DNA of 64,000 nt from Escherichia phage ECML-183-2. The position numbers were made by a program, and so were the translations under genes. This document shows, piece after piece, positions 17,327-28,472 of this stretch (position 1 is the first letter of the stretch; every line of letters begins with the position of its first letter). Below the pieces are notes generated by a model. That model was given only the letters and a program-made list of their open reading frames with translations. It had not been told where the DNA came from and did not search any database. Where the stretch lies: sequence record OL631481.1. One strand, written 5' to 3'.

Positions 17327-19480
17327 CTATATATAAAATTTTTGTGTTGTTACTAAATCTTCTCCAGATTTAGTGGCTAATGTAATTCCACTTATGGTGG
17401 CGATCTCAACATTTACCTGTTTAAGAGTGATATCCTGTAAATAAACGTTCAAAGGCACGTTACCCATATAGAAAACTTGGGATTGAGAATTAACTACCGT
17501 GATAGAATCATGCATTATTTGAGGATAGGCCCATATATATTGTGTAAGTCCGTCAAACTTATTGGCGTTCAACACTATGTTACCTATAATCATCTTCCAA
17601 AGATATGTGCGGTAGTTTGATTTAGGATCAAAGCCATACAAAGGTGCAAGAGTAGCATCTGGAACAAAACCTGAAAGGTAGTGAATATCAGAATATTCAA
17701 AACCTAATTTTTCATGTGGTATGGTAATTGCATCGAATGCTTTCATCATTTTACCTTCCAGAAGCCAGTCGTAACACTCTGAACAGTAAAAATCAAAAGT
17801 TTCAGGAATGTAGTAATCAGACGGAAAGTTAACTTTCTCCATCAAACCGTTGCCGATAATTGATGGCAAGAACGGAAGCAATGTTACCTTGGCTCCTGGA
17901 TAAGTTGCTCTAGTATCTGTTGCAAACTTTGTAACTCTTAATCCTAGTTTACGAGACAAAAATGCATAGTATTCGTCAAACGGCGTTCCTGTTTTATAAT
18001 TATCTATTGTTCCTGCATCTTGTGCAAATAAACCTGTTTCTGTGTTGAATGCCAGTTTGGTAGTGTAATCATATATGCAAGGCATTTTACTTGCTGTATT
18101 ATACCACCACCAAGGCTCACCAATTTGAATGACAACTGGAATATTATTAGCTTGCGAAATAGATGCTATTTTATTAATAACATTTTGCAAATATTCCATA
18201 CCTTCGTCAATAGTTGGAGACAACACATAACTAGGAGGTTTATACCCTGTTGCTGCAAGAGCATCGTTCCAATCATGCTGGACCCATTCTACAGGACAAA
18301 CTGTGCTCATCAATTCAAAACTTAAAGAGTTCATTATTGTGTAGCCCTTCTCGTTTGCTATAGAATGGAAGCTGTTAAGCCAAGCTTCTGTAGCCGGATT
18401 CAGGAAAACAGATTTATTTAAAGCCCAAGATGTTCCATTCCATGAGAACTCATAATAGTGAGACATTCCGTTATAATGGTTAATCATCCCACGATAACCT
18501 AGTGCATATGTATTATAAATAACTCTCTCTGGAGTCAGGTTATACATATCATCATAAGATGTGCACATGCGAATATCATGTTCAGGCTGGACAAGGTTGC
18601 TGACTTTCATCATACTGTAACCAGAGGTAGGTTCAAGAAGAGTGAAAGTAAACCAAGCCTCTTGACTGTCAATAGGTACAACCTCTTCTATTTCTTCATA
18701 CCTTGCTGTAATCAAAGAGAAGAAAATATTATCTACAGCACTCATATCTAAAGGAATATCATTATTAGGGCCAGAAAAGATATTACCAAAATCTAACTTG
18801 ATTGTAGCTGTTTTACCATCTTCTGAAATATCTGAAGCGTAGAATCCTAAACTGACATAATGAACACTTTTATCCAGGAGAGTTACAGTCAAAGTCGGCA
18901 CCAAAGGTTCTTCTTTAAAACCTGGCATGTTTTGACTAATTTCCATTTTAAACCAAAGTTTCTCTGAACTTAAATCTGTGTGGGGTAAATACCCAACACC
19001 TTTATGGTCATATTTGTCAACTGTGCTCCAGATAACCCCTGCCAAACCTGCTGTTGTTCTGTTTACAAATCTTGCAGTAAAAGAGTCTCCATGAGATACA
19101 ATAGAACAACTTTCCGTTGCTTGAGAATCTATTGTCCAATACATAGGAGAGAACATTTTAACGTCTTTTGTAGTCCAAGTTATTGGAGTGGTATTTTCTT
19201 GGATAGTAGTTATAATACAATTGATGGTTGTTTCAACCATCATGTTATTTTGACTAATCCCTGAAACTTGGAGGGAGAAGTTAAGATCTATTGAGTTCTT
19301 TGGTCGTTCAAATACTTCAACCACAATGGTAGCAGAATCAGCATCATCAGGGAACACAAGTGTTCCCGATTTTGCAATATAATCTCTACCAGCGACTGCT
19401 GTTCCATCAACAGTCGTGTAGTTAAATGAACTCGCATTTACTCTCTTGTCTCGCGTGACAGTAAATATAGCTTGTTTCAT
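17327..19480 (-). CDS. tail-associated structural protein
   Basis: 717 aa ORF within the tail module. Confidence 0.45.
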   Translation of the reverse strand: MKQAIFTVTRDKRVNASSFNYTTVDGTAVAGRDYIAKSGTLVFPDDADSATIVVEVFERPKNSIDLNFSLQVSGISQNNMMVETTINCIITTIQENTTPITWTTKDVKMFSPMYWTIDSQATESCSIVSHGDSFTARFVNRTTAGLAGVIWSTVDKYDHKGVGYLPHTDLSSEKLWFKMEISQNMPGFKEEPLVPTLTVTLLDKSVHYVSLGFYASDISEDGKTATIKLDFGNIFSGPNNDIPLDMSAVDNIFFSLITARYEEIEEVVPIDSQEAWFTFTLLEPTSGYSMMKVSNLVQPEHDIRMCTSYDDMYNLTPERVIYNTYALGYRGMINHYNGMSHYYEFSWNGTSWALNKSVFLNPATEAWLNSFHSIANEKGYTIMNSLSFELMSTVCPVEWVQHDWNDALAATGYKPPSYVLSPTIDEGMEYLQNVINKIASISQANNIPVVIQIGEPWWWYNTASKMPCIYDYTTKLAFNTETGLFAQDAGTIDNYKTGTPFDEYYAFLSRKLGLRVTKFATDTRATYPGAKVTLLPFLPSIIGNGLMEKVNFPSDYYIPETFDFYCSECYDWLLEGKMMKAFDAITIPHEKLGFEYSDIHYLSGFVPDATLAPLYGFDPKSNYRTYLWKMIIGNIVLNANKFDGLTQYIWAYPQIMHDSITVVNSQSQVFYMGNVPLNVYLQDITLKQVNVEIATISGITLATKSGEDLVTTQKFYI

Positions 19481-19488
19481 TTTACCCC

Positions 19489-22365
19489 TTACTCGGTAAC
19501 GTCCACACTAATGTTTGCCATTGTCAAAACAGTAAGTGCAGGAATATTGCTCGAATCCAAAACAGGCAATGCATTTTGGGGATTAAGTTTTTTGTATAAG
19601 GCATACAACCCAAAACCACGTAACAACTCTCCGGCGTGGAAGCCAAAGAAGACTCCGTTATCACTGTCTGGTCTAGGGGCAGCACTCCAACAACCATTCA
19701 TAACGTGATTAGGACCAAGAACAATATAATTTTCCTGAATAAGTTCAAAACAGCGATCTGCTACTATTTTAATGTTAGGAATTTCTGAATCATATCCAGC
19801 CATCCCCATTATAGCACATCCCGCCATAAAGAGCGCAGACATGTGACTTGTAAAGTCATCTACAGGCGCAGCCACTTCTCCATCGGGATAAAATATTGTT
19901 GGTGTTCTTCCTTCGTTGTTGTCTTGGAACCACTTCAGATAGTTGATCCAGTTTTTACAAACTGTTAAAAGTTTTTCAGGAACTTCTGCTCCTCGTTGTT
20001 TCAGTTCGTATACTGTATGACACGCACAGAAGAATGCTCGTGCTTCATAACCATCCCAAGCTTTATCGTTCCAATGATACATTGTGAACTCATTCTTGTT
20101 TCCGTATTTATGAGCATCCCAACGATCCCAAACATAAGCTTGTGCCATTGGCCCAGGCATCACAGGGGCAAACTTATTATAAAACCACATTTGTGAATCA
20201 TATAAAAAGTCTATACTGTTGTTCATACGAACCCAGTCAATATCTCTCCCTTTAAAACAATATAAGGATGGGTATTGATAACCTGGGTAAGGAATACCAC
20301 GCCAACCGTCATATAATGCTGTGTTAGGATCACTAATATTGGAAAATGGAATGATTCCTGGAGTATAATTCAAACTGTCAAGTTTATAGTCCAGTATTGT
20401 ACAATCTCCAAGTTTTGCTGTATAAGGATTTTCAGATGAAACTGTAACCCTGAAATACATTGTGTAATCATCACCAGCGGCTGAAGAATACAAAGATGGG
20501 ATATCGTTAACACAATAAAAATCGATTGCCCCTGTCAAGCCATTTGCAGGTTCAGAATCCAATGCAATGTTGATCTGATCAACAGCAGTCAGGTTTATTG
20601 ACGAAGGTTTTGTCTCTGTGTCGTTATGATTGGGTTGCCAAGTGCTTAATTTGAAATCAGCAGGACTTAAAGCTTTAGTAACCCATGCAGAATTTGTTTT
20701 TTCTAACATGGCCCACCATCTCCAACCTGCGGAATCCGTAATAGTGATGTTAAAATCATCTGCATATGAACGATATGTAATAGATTTTAAATTGGCTGTT
20801 TTAGTTGGTGTTAACCAAAACCCAACAGTAAAACCACCATCTGAATCCATATTAGCAGAAACTATCTGATCACTATTTGTCCCAGCAATACCAGTTGCAT
20901 ATTTATATTGTATCACAGTATTGCTTCCCCAGTCAACAATAATTCTGGGTTCAGCAATAATATATACACCACCTCCAGGAGGTTCGGTGCGCATAAAACT
21001 AGATAAAGGTATATCCATCTTAGTCATATTAGCTGCACCAAGAGGTAAGCCACAACGATATGTCACTGTGTCTGTTTCACTCTTAGTCTTGCTTAATTCT
21101 AACTCTGGACGGAAAAGAACACCTTCCCCTGCATCATCTACACCTTGAAACTCAATACGCAGTTTTGAATTCTGATCCACTCTGAACCAAACTGCCTGTT
21201 GTTCTAGAGTTGTTTGTGCTGCAACATCTTGGCGAATTACTGTGTATCCTAATTCATCACGAGAATATTTAGGTATTGCTGTAGATGGGTATGAGTAATC
21301 ATACGAGATACCATCTGTAAAAGGAATTATTGCTGTCGTAGATCTACGGAAGAATTTATCAAACATATCGATGTTTGAGTAGTCTTGACACAACAATAAA
21401 GAAGATTGCCAGCAAAGCCAGTATTTTCTCTCTCCTGTGATCTGATACATCAAGTAGTTTGCATCACACCACCACGTTTCAGCATCGGAAGCATTATCTT
21501 GATAGCCTAACTCTACCGGAACGTTTACAGGACGGTTATGCCACATTTCATTACGCTTAAGCAGATATCCACCGTGTTCTACAGGATTGCATGTAGCGTA
21601 GTTGAATTTATAGTCCCCGTTCACAGAAGCATTTTTAAGTTGCACTGTTCCATATTCTGCAAAGCTATGACCAGTAGATAAAATGTTACCATCCCAATCA
21701 ACTTTACGTCCTAGACGGTCTATAATCCATTCAACGTCCCACTGATCTCCATATTCTTTCCAGTTGGTTGAACCATCTGGGTTAGTTGCATAAACTGTTG
21801 CGTTAACGGAGTTCCAACCAAGATTGCCATTGAAAGCAAACCAAGCTTTATCTAAGTATTCCCCCCAATGCGGTGCACCTTTAGGAATAACAGTCCTTCC
21901 GTTAATCCAAGTCATCATGCTACCTTTGAACCCGCCGTGCGTAGGATACCCATCATCTGTGAGAGGGTAATGTGCTAAACGTGGTTCTTTACCATTGATG
22001 ATCCAGTTGGGACGATATTTAGCTGGAGGATCAGGAATAGGTTGGCCCCCGAAGAAGTGATCTATGTAGGCTTGCCAATACTTCTCGGCAGATTCAAGAT
22101 ATTTTTTATCCCCTGTAGCCAAATATGCATAAGCAAAACCAGTGATAAGCACAGATTGACCTTCGGTAGTAGCGTCACCGTTTGGTTGCCCTTCCTGCGC
22201 TGTCCAGTTAATAAAGTGTCTGTTGTTCGCCAATACGTTTTGTGGGTTGATAATGTAATGCTGAACCGTAGGATCTATGGTAAGCCCAGTATTTCTTTCC
22301 AAAAACTGAACCAACCCTTCAATCAACTGAAACGTGTTGTCAATATTGTGCTTAACTTTTGACAT
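19489..22365 (-). CDS. large tail/baseplate protein with glycoside-hydrolase-like N-terminal region
   Basis: 958 aa; N-terminal segment resembles alpha/alpha-barrel glycosidases (GFAYAYLATGDKKYLESAEKYW). Confidence 0.45.
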   Translation of the reverse strand: MSKVKHNIDNTFQLIEGLVQFLERNTGLTIDPTVQHYIINPQNVLANNRHFINWTAQEGQPNGDATTEGQSVLITGFAYAYLATGDKKYLESAEKYWQAYIDHFFGGQPIPDPPAKYRPNWIINGKEPRLAHYPLTDDGYPTHGGFKGSMMTWINGRTVIPKGAPHWGEYLDKAWFAFNGNLGWNSVNATVYATNPDGSTNWKEYGDQWDVEWIIDRLGRKVDWDGNILSTGHSFAEYGTVQLKNASVNGDYKFNYATCNPVEHGGYLLKRNEMWHNRPVNVPVELGYQDNASDAETWWCDANYLMYQITGERKYWLCWQSSLLLCQDYSNIDMFDKFFRRSTTAIIPFTDGISYDYSYPSTAIPKYSRDELGYTVIRQDVAAQTTLEQQAVWFRVDQNSKLRIEFQGVDDAGEGVLFRPELELSKTKSETDTVTYRCGLPLGAANMTKMDIPLSSFMRTEPPGGGVYIIAEPRIIVDWGSNTVIQYKYATGIAGTNSDQIVSANMDSDGGFTVGFWLTPTKTANLKSITYRSYADDFNITITDSAGWRWWAMLEKTNSAWVTKALSPADFKLSTWQPNHNDTETKPSSINLTAVDQINIALDSEPANGLTGAIDFYCVNDIPSLYSSAAGDDYTMYFRVTVSSENPYTAKLGDCTILDYKLDSLNYTPGIIPFSNISDPNTALYDGWRGIPYPGYQYPSLYCFKGRDIDWVRMNNSIDFLYDSQMWFYNKFAPVMPGPMAQAYVWDRWDAHKYGNKNEFTMYHWNDKAWDGYEARAFFCACHTVYELKQRGAEVPEKLLTVCKNWINYLKWFQDNNEGRTPTIFYPDGEVAAPVDDFTSHMSALFMAGCAIMGMAGYDSEIPNIKIVADRCFELIQENYIVLGPNHVMNGCWSAAPRPDSDNGVFFGFHAGELLRGFGLYALYKKLNPQNALPVLDSSNIPALTVLTMANISVDVTE

Positions 22366-22838
22366 TAAATAACTCCTGCTAAAACTAAACTACCTGTCCA
22401 AGTTGCTCCATTATCATAACTGATAAACTCAAAAGTGTCTGTTGCACCTTGACGATAACTCAAAACTGGGGAACGACCAAAACTCCATTTTACAGAAGAA
22501 GGCCATACGACTTTATTTGCACCACTTCCTTGACGCAAAGCTAAAGTAAAGTTTAAAACTGCATTTGTTGCTACTGGAATATTAGTAAAACTAATTGTGC
22601 ACGTTGCAGAAGATAAAGTTGCTGAAAAATATTCTGCCGAACTAATATCTAATGCCAAGGTGCTAGTTACTGTTCCCCGTGCATTCAGACGGTTTCTAGT
22701 TACCCCTGCACCACTCAACAACACTTTCAAAGAAGTTTTCTTTGTTATTCCAGCCTGATCTGTTACAAAGAAATCTGTATCAGACACAGAGGTTGTTTGT
22801 GTAAGATCAGAAATTTTGATCGTAGTTAAATCTGCCAT
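22365..22838 (-). CDS. baseplate/tail hypothetical protein
   Basis: 157 aa; stop-start coupled with neighbours. Confidence 0.45.
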   Translation of the reverse strand: MADLTTIKISDLTQTTSVSDTDFFVTDQAGITKKTSLKVLLSGAGVTRNRLNARGTVTSTLALDISSAEYFSATLSSATCTISFTNIPVATNAVLNFTLALRQGSGANKVVWPSSVKWSFGRSPVLSYRQGATDTFEFISYDNGATWTGSLVLAGVI

Positions 22839-23464
22839 TACTCTTCTACTCCTGTGATAGCTGTTATACCGAAATTATTGTTTGTAGCTAATGCATCACC
22901 TTTTTCGTTAACCATGATTCTTTCCACTGCTGACTCTGTAGACCATTCATTCCACCAAGTAGAGTAGGTATCACGTGGCAAACCAACAAAGTTGATAAAG
23001 CGATAAAGTCTATTCGAATTCTCAACAATACTGTAAGCTTCACAAATGATCGCTGCATTGTCTTCACCAGCTTCAGGGTAAATAAACTCTTCAGAAGGTT
23101 GAGTATTGAATATAGATGTTACTGTATCTGCTCCAACTGTGACCATAACTGTCATTGAGTAATAACGTTGATCCATGTCATAAGCAGATTTATAACTGTT
23201 TATTGTATCTATGTAAACGTTTTTGGCAATCTCTGCTAAAAATATTCTGTCTACAATATCTTTCTTTCTAGCAACACCAATAATCTCTTGTAAGTAAGGA
23301 ACACCGAAGTTAGTATTTAAAAACCACTCCCCACGATACGTGTTCAGAGTTATCCCAAGAGTTTGTGCTGCGATTTCTGTTCTGGTTGTAGTGAGGACCA
23401 AATCCCCATCATCCATGATGAGGTCGTTGTTTGGTCCAAGTTTTAAGTCAAAAGGGATTCCCAT
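22838..23464 (-). CDS. baseplate protein
   Basis: 208 aa; position next to the spike gene. Confidence 0.45.
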   Translation of the reverse strand: MGIPFDLKLGPNNDLIMDDGDLVLTTTRTEIAAQTLGITLNTYRGEWFLNTNFGVPYLQEIIGVARKKDIVDRIFLAEIAKNVYIDTINSYKSAYDMDQRYYSMTVMVTVGADTVTSIFNTQPSEEFIYPEAGEDNAAIICEAYSIVENSNRLYRFINFVGLPRDTYSTWWNEWSTESAVERIMVNEKGDALATNNNFGITAITGVEE

Positions 23465-23465
23465 G

Positions 23466-24200
23466 TTAGGCTCCTGTTGGTTTTAAGGACTCGGCACTTG
23501 AGCTACCGCTCTGAATGTTACGAACCGTGTGCGTGTGAGTATGGAATCCGATGCCATTACCATCTGTCATCAAACCGTTCTGATCTATTTTAAGACCATT
23601 GATATCTGCCACGCCGCCTTTGAAAGTTAAATTACCACCTTTTAGATCCAAAGTCCCTGTGCCATCTGTAATAGTAATACCGGAGGTAGTAATATCTATT
23701 TTCATCCCTTGACTATTCCATATTGAAATATTACCTGTAGGGTCGAAAGAAGCGTACGTGTTTTTGTTATTAGAAATAACTACCTTTTCAGAATCTACAG
23801 CTTCTGTTGAATCTGTTCCTGTAGCTATTTTGGGAATAAAACAAATAGGATATAATCCACAAGGCTGCATAAAAGTGGATGATGAAGAGGTTTCTCCACT
23901 AGTTTGCAGTGCATTAGAAGGATCTCTTTCAGAAAATATAACAGTTCCTAAATCGCCAGCTTTAATAGGGAATGAGATTCTTCCTGTCCCACCACCATTA
24001 ACCATAAAAGGAACATCTTCAAAAGTAGGGTAATCTATTTCATCTTCGCTAGATCGTGTGTTTTTAACAATAGATTCTAAGGTGACAGTCTTAGCACCAT
24101 AATTAACGCCAGTCACACGGACTGGCAAGGCTGTATGGACTTCTGCTAATTGTTCTGTCATTAAGCCACGCATTGCTGTGACAAAATTTAATGCGTCCAT
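23466..24200 (-). CDS. baseplate central spike-like protein
   Basis: 244 aa; Gly-rich repetitive C-terminal half ending in HTHTHT. Confidence 0.45.
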   Translation of the reverse strand: MDALNFVTAMRGLMTEQLAEVHTALPVRVTGVNYGAKTVTLESIVKNTRSSEDEIDYPTFEDVPFMVNGGGTGRISFPIKAGDLGTVIFSERDPSNALQTSGETSSSSTFMQPCGLYPICFIPKIATGTDSTEAVDSEKVVISNNKNTYASFDPTGNISIWNSQGMKIDITTSGITITDGTGTLDLKGGNLTFKGGVADINGLKIDQNGLMTDGNGIGFHTHTHTVRNIQSGSSSAESLKPTGA

Positions 24201-25210
24201 TATTTCTCCTTAGTCATTATTTCAGACACGGATACACACTCCACCTCAGTAACCCACTCTTTACCCTCTTTATCACCATTGTGAGAAACAGAAACAACTT
24301 TAAATGGACCATCATAATCTCGGCTTTTTAACCAGATTGTTTTCTCTGGTAATATTGCACCATTCATTTGGCACTTGAATTTAACACCGTCTGTAGGTTT
24401 CTTTGCCTTCTTAGAGGACTTGGTAACTTTTTTAGTAGGTTTTATATCGTTGTGGAATGGTTCTGGACTTCCTATCAAACCAGTTTCAGGACTAATATAG
24501 GCGCTACGTGCACTAGACATTTGTGAACGAGGAGTGACATAAACAGATCCATCTTGTATTGACACATTGTGATCAATACTTTTACAAATATGTTCTAGGT
24601 AATGTGAAGTGTTTCCACACATAGCTGTTGCTGAAGATAAGGTTTGATCATTATCTACGTGTATATTACCTTCTGTAGTTCCTAAATCCTTTACCAAATC
24701 TGTAACAACACGTTTGATTTTAGTTCCTTTTGGATAACTGCGGCTTGTTCTTGCTTCTGCAATGTTAATACCGCCATCCAAACAGTGTAAAGTGGTTTTC
24801 CTGTCTACCGAGTCAAAAGTATCACTAACCCACTGGATAGTTCCTTTGAAGACCATAACCAACTCTTCACCTTCGTATCCTACCGCTAAAGCAACAGCCA
24901 AGTTATTTCGGATACCACGGTTTATATAGTTAACAGTATCATCCGAAAGGTTATAAACTACAATCTCTGCTTGGTTAGGATCTTTGTTATTATCTTTCTT
25001 AATGCTGAAGGTTATTTGATGGTCTTGCAACAAATACAAATTAGAAGAGGATTTTTCTGTTGTCCCTAACTTGGTATCCAAATCTACCGTAGATTTAAAT
25101 GCCGAGTTCTTAGTTCTCTTCTGTATTGTGTTTGTGGCAGAACCAATTAATAATTTGTATGCCCTGTTTAAATTAGGGGCAGGAGCTTTTGTATACTCTC
25201 TTTCTGCCAT
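24200..25210 (-). CDS. baseplate hub-like protein
   Basis: 336 aa; position between tape measure side and spike. Confidence 0.4.
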   Translation of the reverse strand: MAEREYTKAPAPNLNRAYKLLIGSATNTIQKRTKNSAFKSTVDLDTKLGTTEKSSSNLYLLQDHQITFSIKKDNNKDPNQAEIVVYNLSDDTVNYINRGIRNNLAVALAVGYEGEELVMVFKGTIQWVSDTFDSVDRKTTLHCLDGGINIAEARTSRSYPKGTKIKRVVTDLVKDLGTTEGNIHVDNDQTLSSATAMCGNTSHYLEHICKSIDHNVSIQDGSVYVTPRSQMSSARSAYISPETGLIGSPEPFHNDIKPTKKVTKSSKKAKKPTDGVKFKCQMNGAILPEKTIWLKSRDYDGPFKVVSVSHNGDKEGKEWVTEVECVSVSEIMTKEK

Positions 25211-25219
25211 ATTATCTCC

Positions 25220-25633
25220 TTACGCCTGATTAGGTTTGTTATCAATATAAACCAATACAAAACGTTTATCTCGACCTGTAGTTGTATATCCAGGACGACC
25301 ATTAATCTTAACTGTATCTACTATATATAATTGACCATCTGGCACACTTTCAAGATATTTATAAGGTTTAAGAAGATCTAAACCATTTGTAACTTTGAAA
25401 CTTATACTTGGATCATCTCCAGATAATCCAATCTGACATTGCCAAGACTCGTCCCTAGTGTTCCACCTTAAACGAATGTCATAATCAACTCCATCCAATG
25501 TAACTGTATATGTTTGATCAGGATACTCTTCAGTTTTCAGATACCATGCAAAATAAGTAGAATGGTCCTCTAGATAAACTGCACTGTAGCCTGTATTACT
25601 TGTAGACCTTGTTGTTTTAGAATAAGTTGTCAC
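25220..25633 (-). CDS. tail hypothetical protein
   Basis: 137 aa ORF. Confidence 0.45.
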   Translation of the reverse strand: MTTYSKTTRSTSNTGYSAVYLEDHSTYFAWYLKTEEYPDQTYTVTLDGVDYDIRLRWNTRDESWQCQIGLSGDDPSISFKVTNGLDLLKPYKYLESVPDGQLYIVDTVKINGRPGYTTTGRDKRFVLVYIDNKPNQA

Positions 25634-25635
25634 TA

Positions 25636-26337
25636 TTAACCTCCGTTGTTTGTTGGGGTATTAGTAGCTTCAGCAGTTCTTACTGTAATATCTGACTTAG
25701 GACCATTCGAAGCAACTTGACCTTTCACATCACCACCAGTTGACTTATTTGGTGCTGTTTTTACAGCAATAGCGTTAGTAGTGGCCTTAGAAACGAGACG
25801 GATTTGTTCAAACTCTAAATCAAATTGCATAGCAAATTCAGATTTATAATCATACGAATAACCTTTGAGAATAACATTTTCAAAAGTTCTGTGTTCTGTC
25901 AAAAGAACTATCGGTTGTCTTGACTCAAATATTTGATCTAGATACTCTATTGCTTGAGAAATCCTAGCACCATTTACACCTGCACTGTATAATTGATCTC
26001 GCATAAGCCGAATTGGTGTTTCGGTAATTATACCTGAAAGTTTAAATCTGTTGTTTTTTATTTGAACGTGGTCACTTACATCCGATCCTGATTCTACTGG
26101 AAAACTTGTAACATCTGCCTCACGAGTTACACCTATTTCAGGGACTGAATCGAAAGTAATTGCTTTAAAGTTTTGAATGTATTGATCACTTGAACTATTA
26201 TAAACACTTGCTAAAATGCAGAAACCATTATCACCCTTTACAGTAGATGCCGAGGTATTTTTATTCTCGGTAGAGTTGATTTCCTGTTCTGCCTTATAGA
26301 CGGCTCTCACCGACTGTTGTGGAGTCATTGCTGCCAT
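25636..26337 (-). CDS. tail hypothetical protein
   Basis: 233 aa ORF downstream of tape measure gene. Confidence 0.45.
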   Translation of the reverse strand: MAAMTPQQSVRAVYKAEQEINSTENKNTSASTVKGDNGFCILASVYNSSSDQYIQNFKAITFDSVPEIGVTREADVTSFPVESGSDVSDHVQIKNNRFKLSGIITETPIRLMRDQLYSAGVNGARISQAIEYLDQIFESRQPIVLLTEHRTFENVILKGYSYDYKSEFAMQFDLEFEQIRLVSKATTNAIAVKTAPNKSTGGDVKGQVASNGPKSDITVRTAEATNTPTNNGG

Positions 26338-26396
26338 GATAACCTCGTAGTAATGATAATGCCAAAAGGAAGATGCAAGATCTTCCCATATTGATT

Positions 26397-26426
26397 ATTG
26401 TAACACATATAGAAACTTCGTGTCAA
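26397..26426 (-). promoter_or_regulatory. sigma70-like promoter TTGACA-N18-TACAAT
   Basis: Minus-strand -35 at 26421-26426 and -10 at 26397-26402, upstream of gene 25636-26337. Confidence 0.4.
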
Positions 26427-26432
26427 GGGAAA

Positions 26433-26456
26433 CGAAAAAACCCCGCCGAAGCGAGG
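26433..26456 (-). terminator. intrinsic terminator downstream of tape measure gene
   Basis: CCTCGC-TTCG-GCGGGG hairpin plus U6 on minus transcript. Confidence 0.5.
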
Positions 26457-26463
26457 TATTTTA

Positions 26464-28452
26464 TTAACCACCAGTGTTAGATTGTCCGCTTAGAGTTGAA
26501 AGAGACAAACGTTGAAAAATGCTATTTCCGCTATTTTGAATTCTTGCATCAAGAATATTTCCAAACTCTGAAGAAGGGCTGATCGTAACTTTGATAAGAT
26601 CACTTGGTATTGCTACCGTATTCTCAACAACAGGTTGATTACGAGCCAAACTTACGTTAGGTGTATAGGCTGATTCACGTAAATCTTCAAGAGGATTACC
26701 AAATCCAAAAGCACGTGTCCTTGTTTGTTCTCCTCTCCACATACGACCAATGTCTTGTGTATCAATACCTGTTAAATTGTACAACCAATCTGCTACAGGA
26801 TTGCTGTCTCCACTTTGCGTTGCCTCGTATGCTTTTTGTGCCATAGATTTATTAGGATCTGTGTTGTCTCCGAATGTATCTGGGAATGTTTCTTTAAGCC
26901 AATTGGTAAAAGATCCGAAACCATCTCCCAATTCTTTAGCAAAACCTCCTAATTGAACTGTTGTCTTACCGAGTTCTTCACCTAAATCTTTGGCAAACTG
27001 ATCTAGCACTTTAACGTTATCCAACCAAGAATCATCTTTAGGTAAGGCTTTCACAAAACCCTCTAAGAAGTGGTTCTGCATACCTTGACCTACAAGCTGA
27101 ACTGTTGCAGCAAAACGAGTAAACTCTTTAGAAGCATCTATTTGTTCTTGAGTTAATGTTGCACCTGTTCTTTGAAGCATTTTCAATACTTCATTATACC
27201 CTTCGCCGTTTTTACTAAACATACGTTGGTAGTGCATAAGGTCATCACCAAGGTTTTCAAGAAGTCGCCCGATTTGAGCAGAGTTCATACCTCGACGCTC
27301 ACCTTCATTAACAGTAGCCTGAATAAAAGCTAAAGGATCGTTCTGTAAAGGTTTAAGCTGTTCTGGATTCCATCCAAACAAGTTCATAATGTCATTTATG
27401 CCATTATCACCGCCTTTCCACTTCCCTTCTTTCTCATTCCACTTTGCAGCTAAAACGGTATTACCAAGACGTTCACGAACGTCTTTAATATTATCTATTG
27501 ATTTAATAATATTTGCAGAGTCTACACCGTTCTGTTCACCCCAAGCTGTCATTGCCAAAATAGCGTTGGCGTTTGTCTGAACGTTTTCAGCACCACGGCT
27601 TACAAGTTTAATTCTTTCGTTAGTATTCATCAACGTGTTACCAACTACAGAACCACCTGCAAACAGACCAGCACCTATCAAAGAGGATGCAATCATACGT
27701 GGATTAAGACCTGCTGCACCCTCTTTTAATTGTCCGTATCGACGATCACGATCACGTTTTTGTTGAGCTAATTCACGCTTACGGTTGCGTTCTATATCTC
27801 TAAGTTCACGATTTCGCATACGTATACGCATTTTAGCTTCTGCTTCTAGCTCTCTACGAATACGGCGACGACCGCGAACCTCGTCTTCTATTTCAGCATT
27901 CTTTTCACGATGAGATCTGCGTAAAGCATCCAACTGGTGAGCAAGAGCTTGGTTCATACGTTGAAGAGTTATTTCACCCTTTTTGTATTGCTCTACAGCT
28001 TTACCCATAACGTCTCTAGCTTCTTGCATAGCACCAGGACTTGCTTTACTAAATGCTCTTGCTCGGTAGTTAAAGTTCTGTAAACGAAGATTACCTAAGT
28101 CTTCCCTACGTGCTGCTGCTTTAGCTTCTCGTTCAGCCGCTTTACGAGCTTTTTCTTCTTCTCTACCTTGTGGGGTTTTAGGAGTTCTAGGTCTACCAGA
28201 ACCACCTACAGGAGCACCCGCTCCAGCGGGAGTAGGTGCTCGCATAGGTTTTTGGCTTTGAGTTTGAGCTTTCTTAAGTTCACGCTCAATCTCTTTCATT
28301 TGTTGTCTAAACTTGGTCATGTTCATCGTGGGTTGCATTTTATTTGCAAACTTCTGAACACTCAACACGGCATCTTTTGCTTCCTTGAGACTGTTCTTGT
28401 CCACCTTAAACGTAACCACGTTACTAATTCTGGAGGCGTTAATTTCTAACAA
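26464..28452 (-). CDS. tail tape measure protein
   Basis: 662 aa; long Arg/Glu/Lys-rich helical region; position after chaperone genes. Confidence 0.6.
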   Translation of the reverse strand: MLEINASRISNVVTFKVDKNSLKEAKDAVLSVQKFANKMQPTMNMTKFRQQMKEIERELKKAQTQSQKPMRAPTPAGAGAPVGGSGRPRTPKTPQGREEEKARKAAEREAKAAARREDLGNLRLQNFNYRARAFSKASPGAMQEARDVMGKAVEQYKKGEITLQRMNQALAHQLDALRRSHREKNAEIEDEVRGRRRIRRELEAEAKMRIRMRNRELRDIERNRKRELAQQKRDRDRRYGQLKEGAAGLNPRMIASSLIGAGLFAGGSVVGNTLMNTNERIKLVSRGAENVQTNANAILAMTAWGEQNGVDSANIIKSIDNIKDVRERLGNTVLAAKWNEKEGKWKGGDNGINDIMNLFGWNPEQLKPLQNDPLAFIQATVNEGERRGMNSAQIGRLLENLGDDLMHYQRMFSKNGEGYNEVLKMLQRTGATLTQEQIDASKEFTRFAATVQLVGQGMQNHFLEGFVKALPKDDSWLDNVKVLDQFAKDLGEELGKTTVQLGGFAKELGDGFGSFTNWLKETFPDTFGDNTDPNKSMAQKAYEATQSGDSNPVADWLYNLTGIDTQDIGRMWRGEQTRTRAFGFGNPLEDLRESAYTPNVSLARNQPVVENTVAIPSDLIKVTISPSSEFGNILDARIQNSGNSIFQRLSLSTLSGQSNTGG

Positions 28453-28472
28453 AGTATGTTCCTCGTGTTGGA

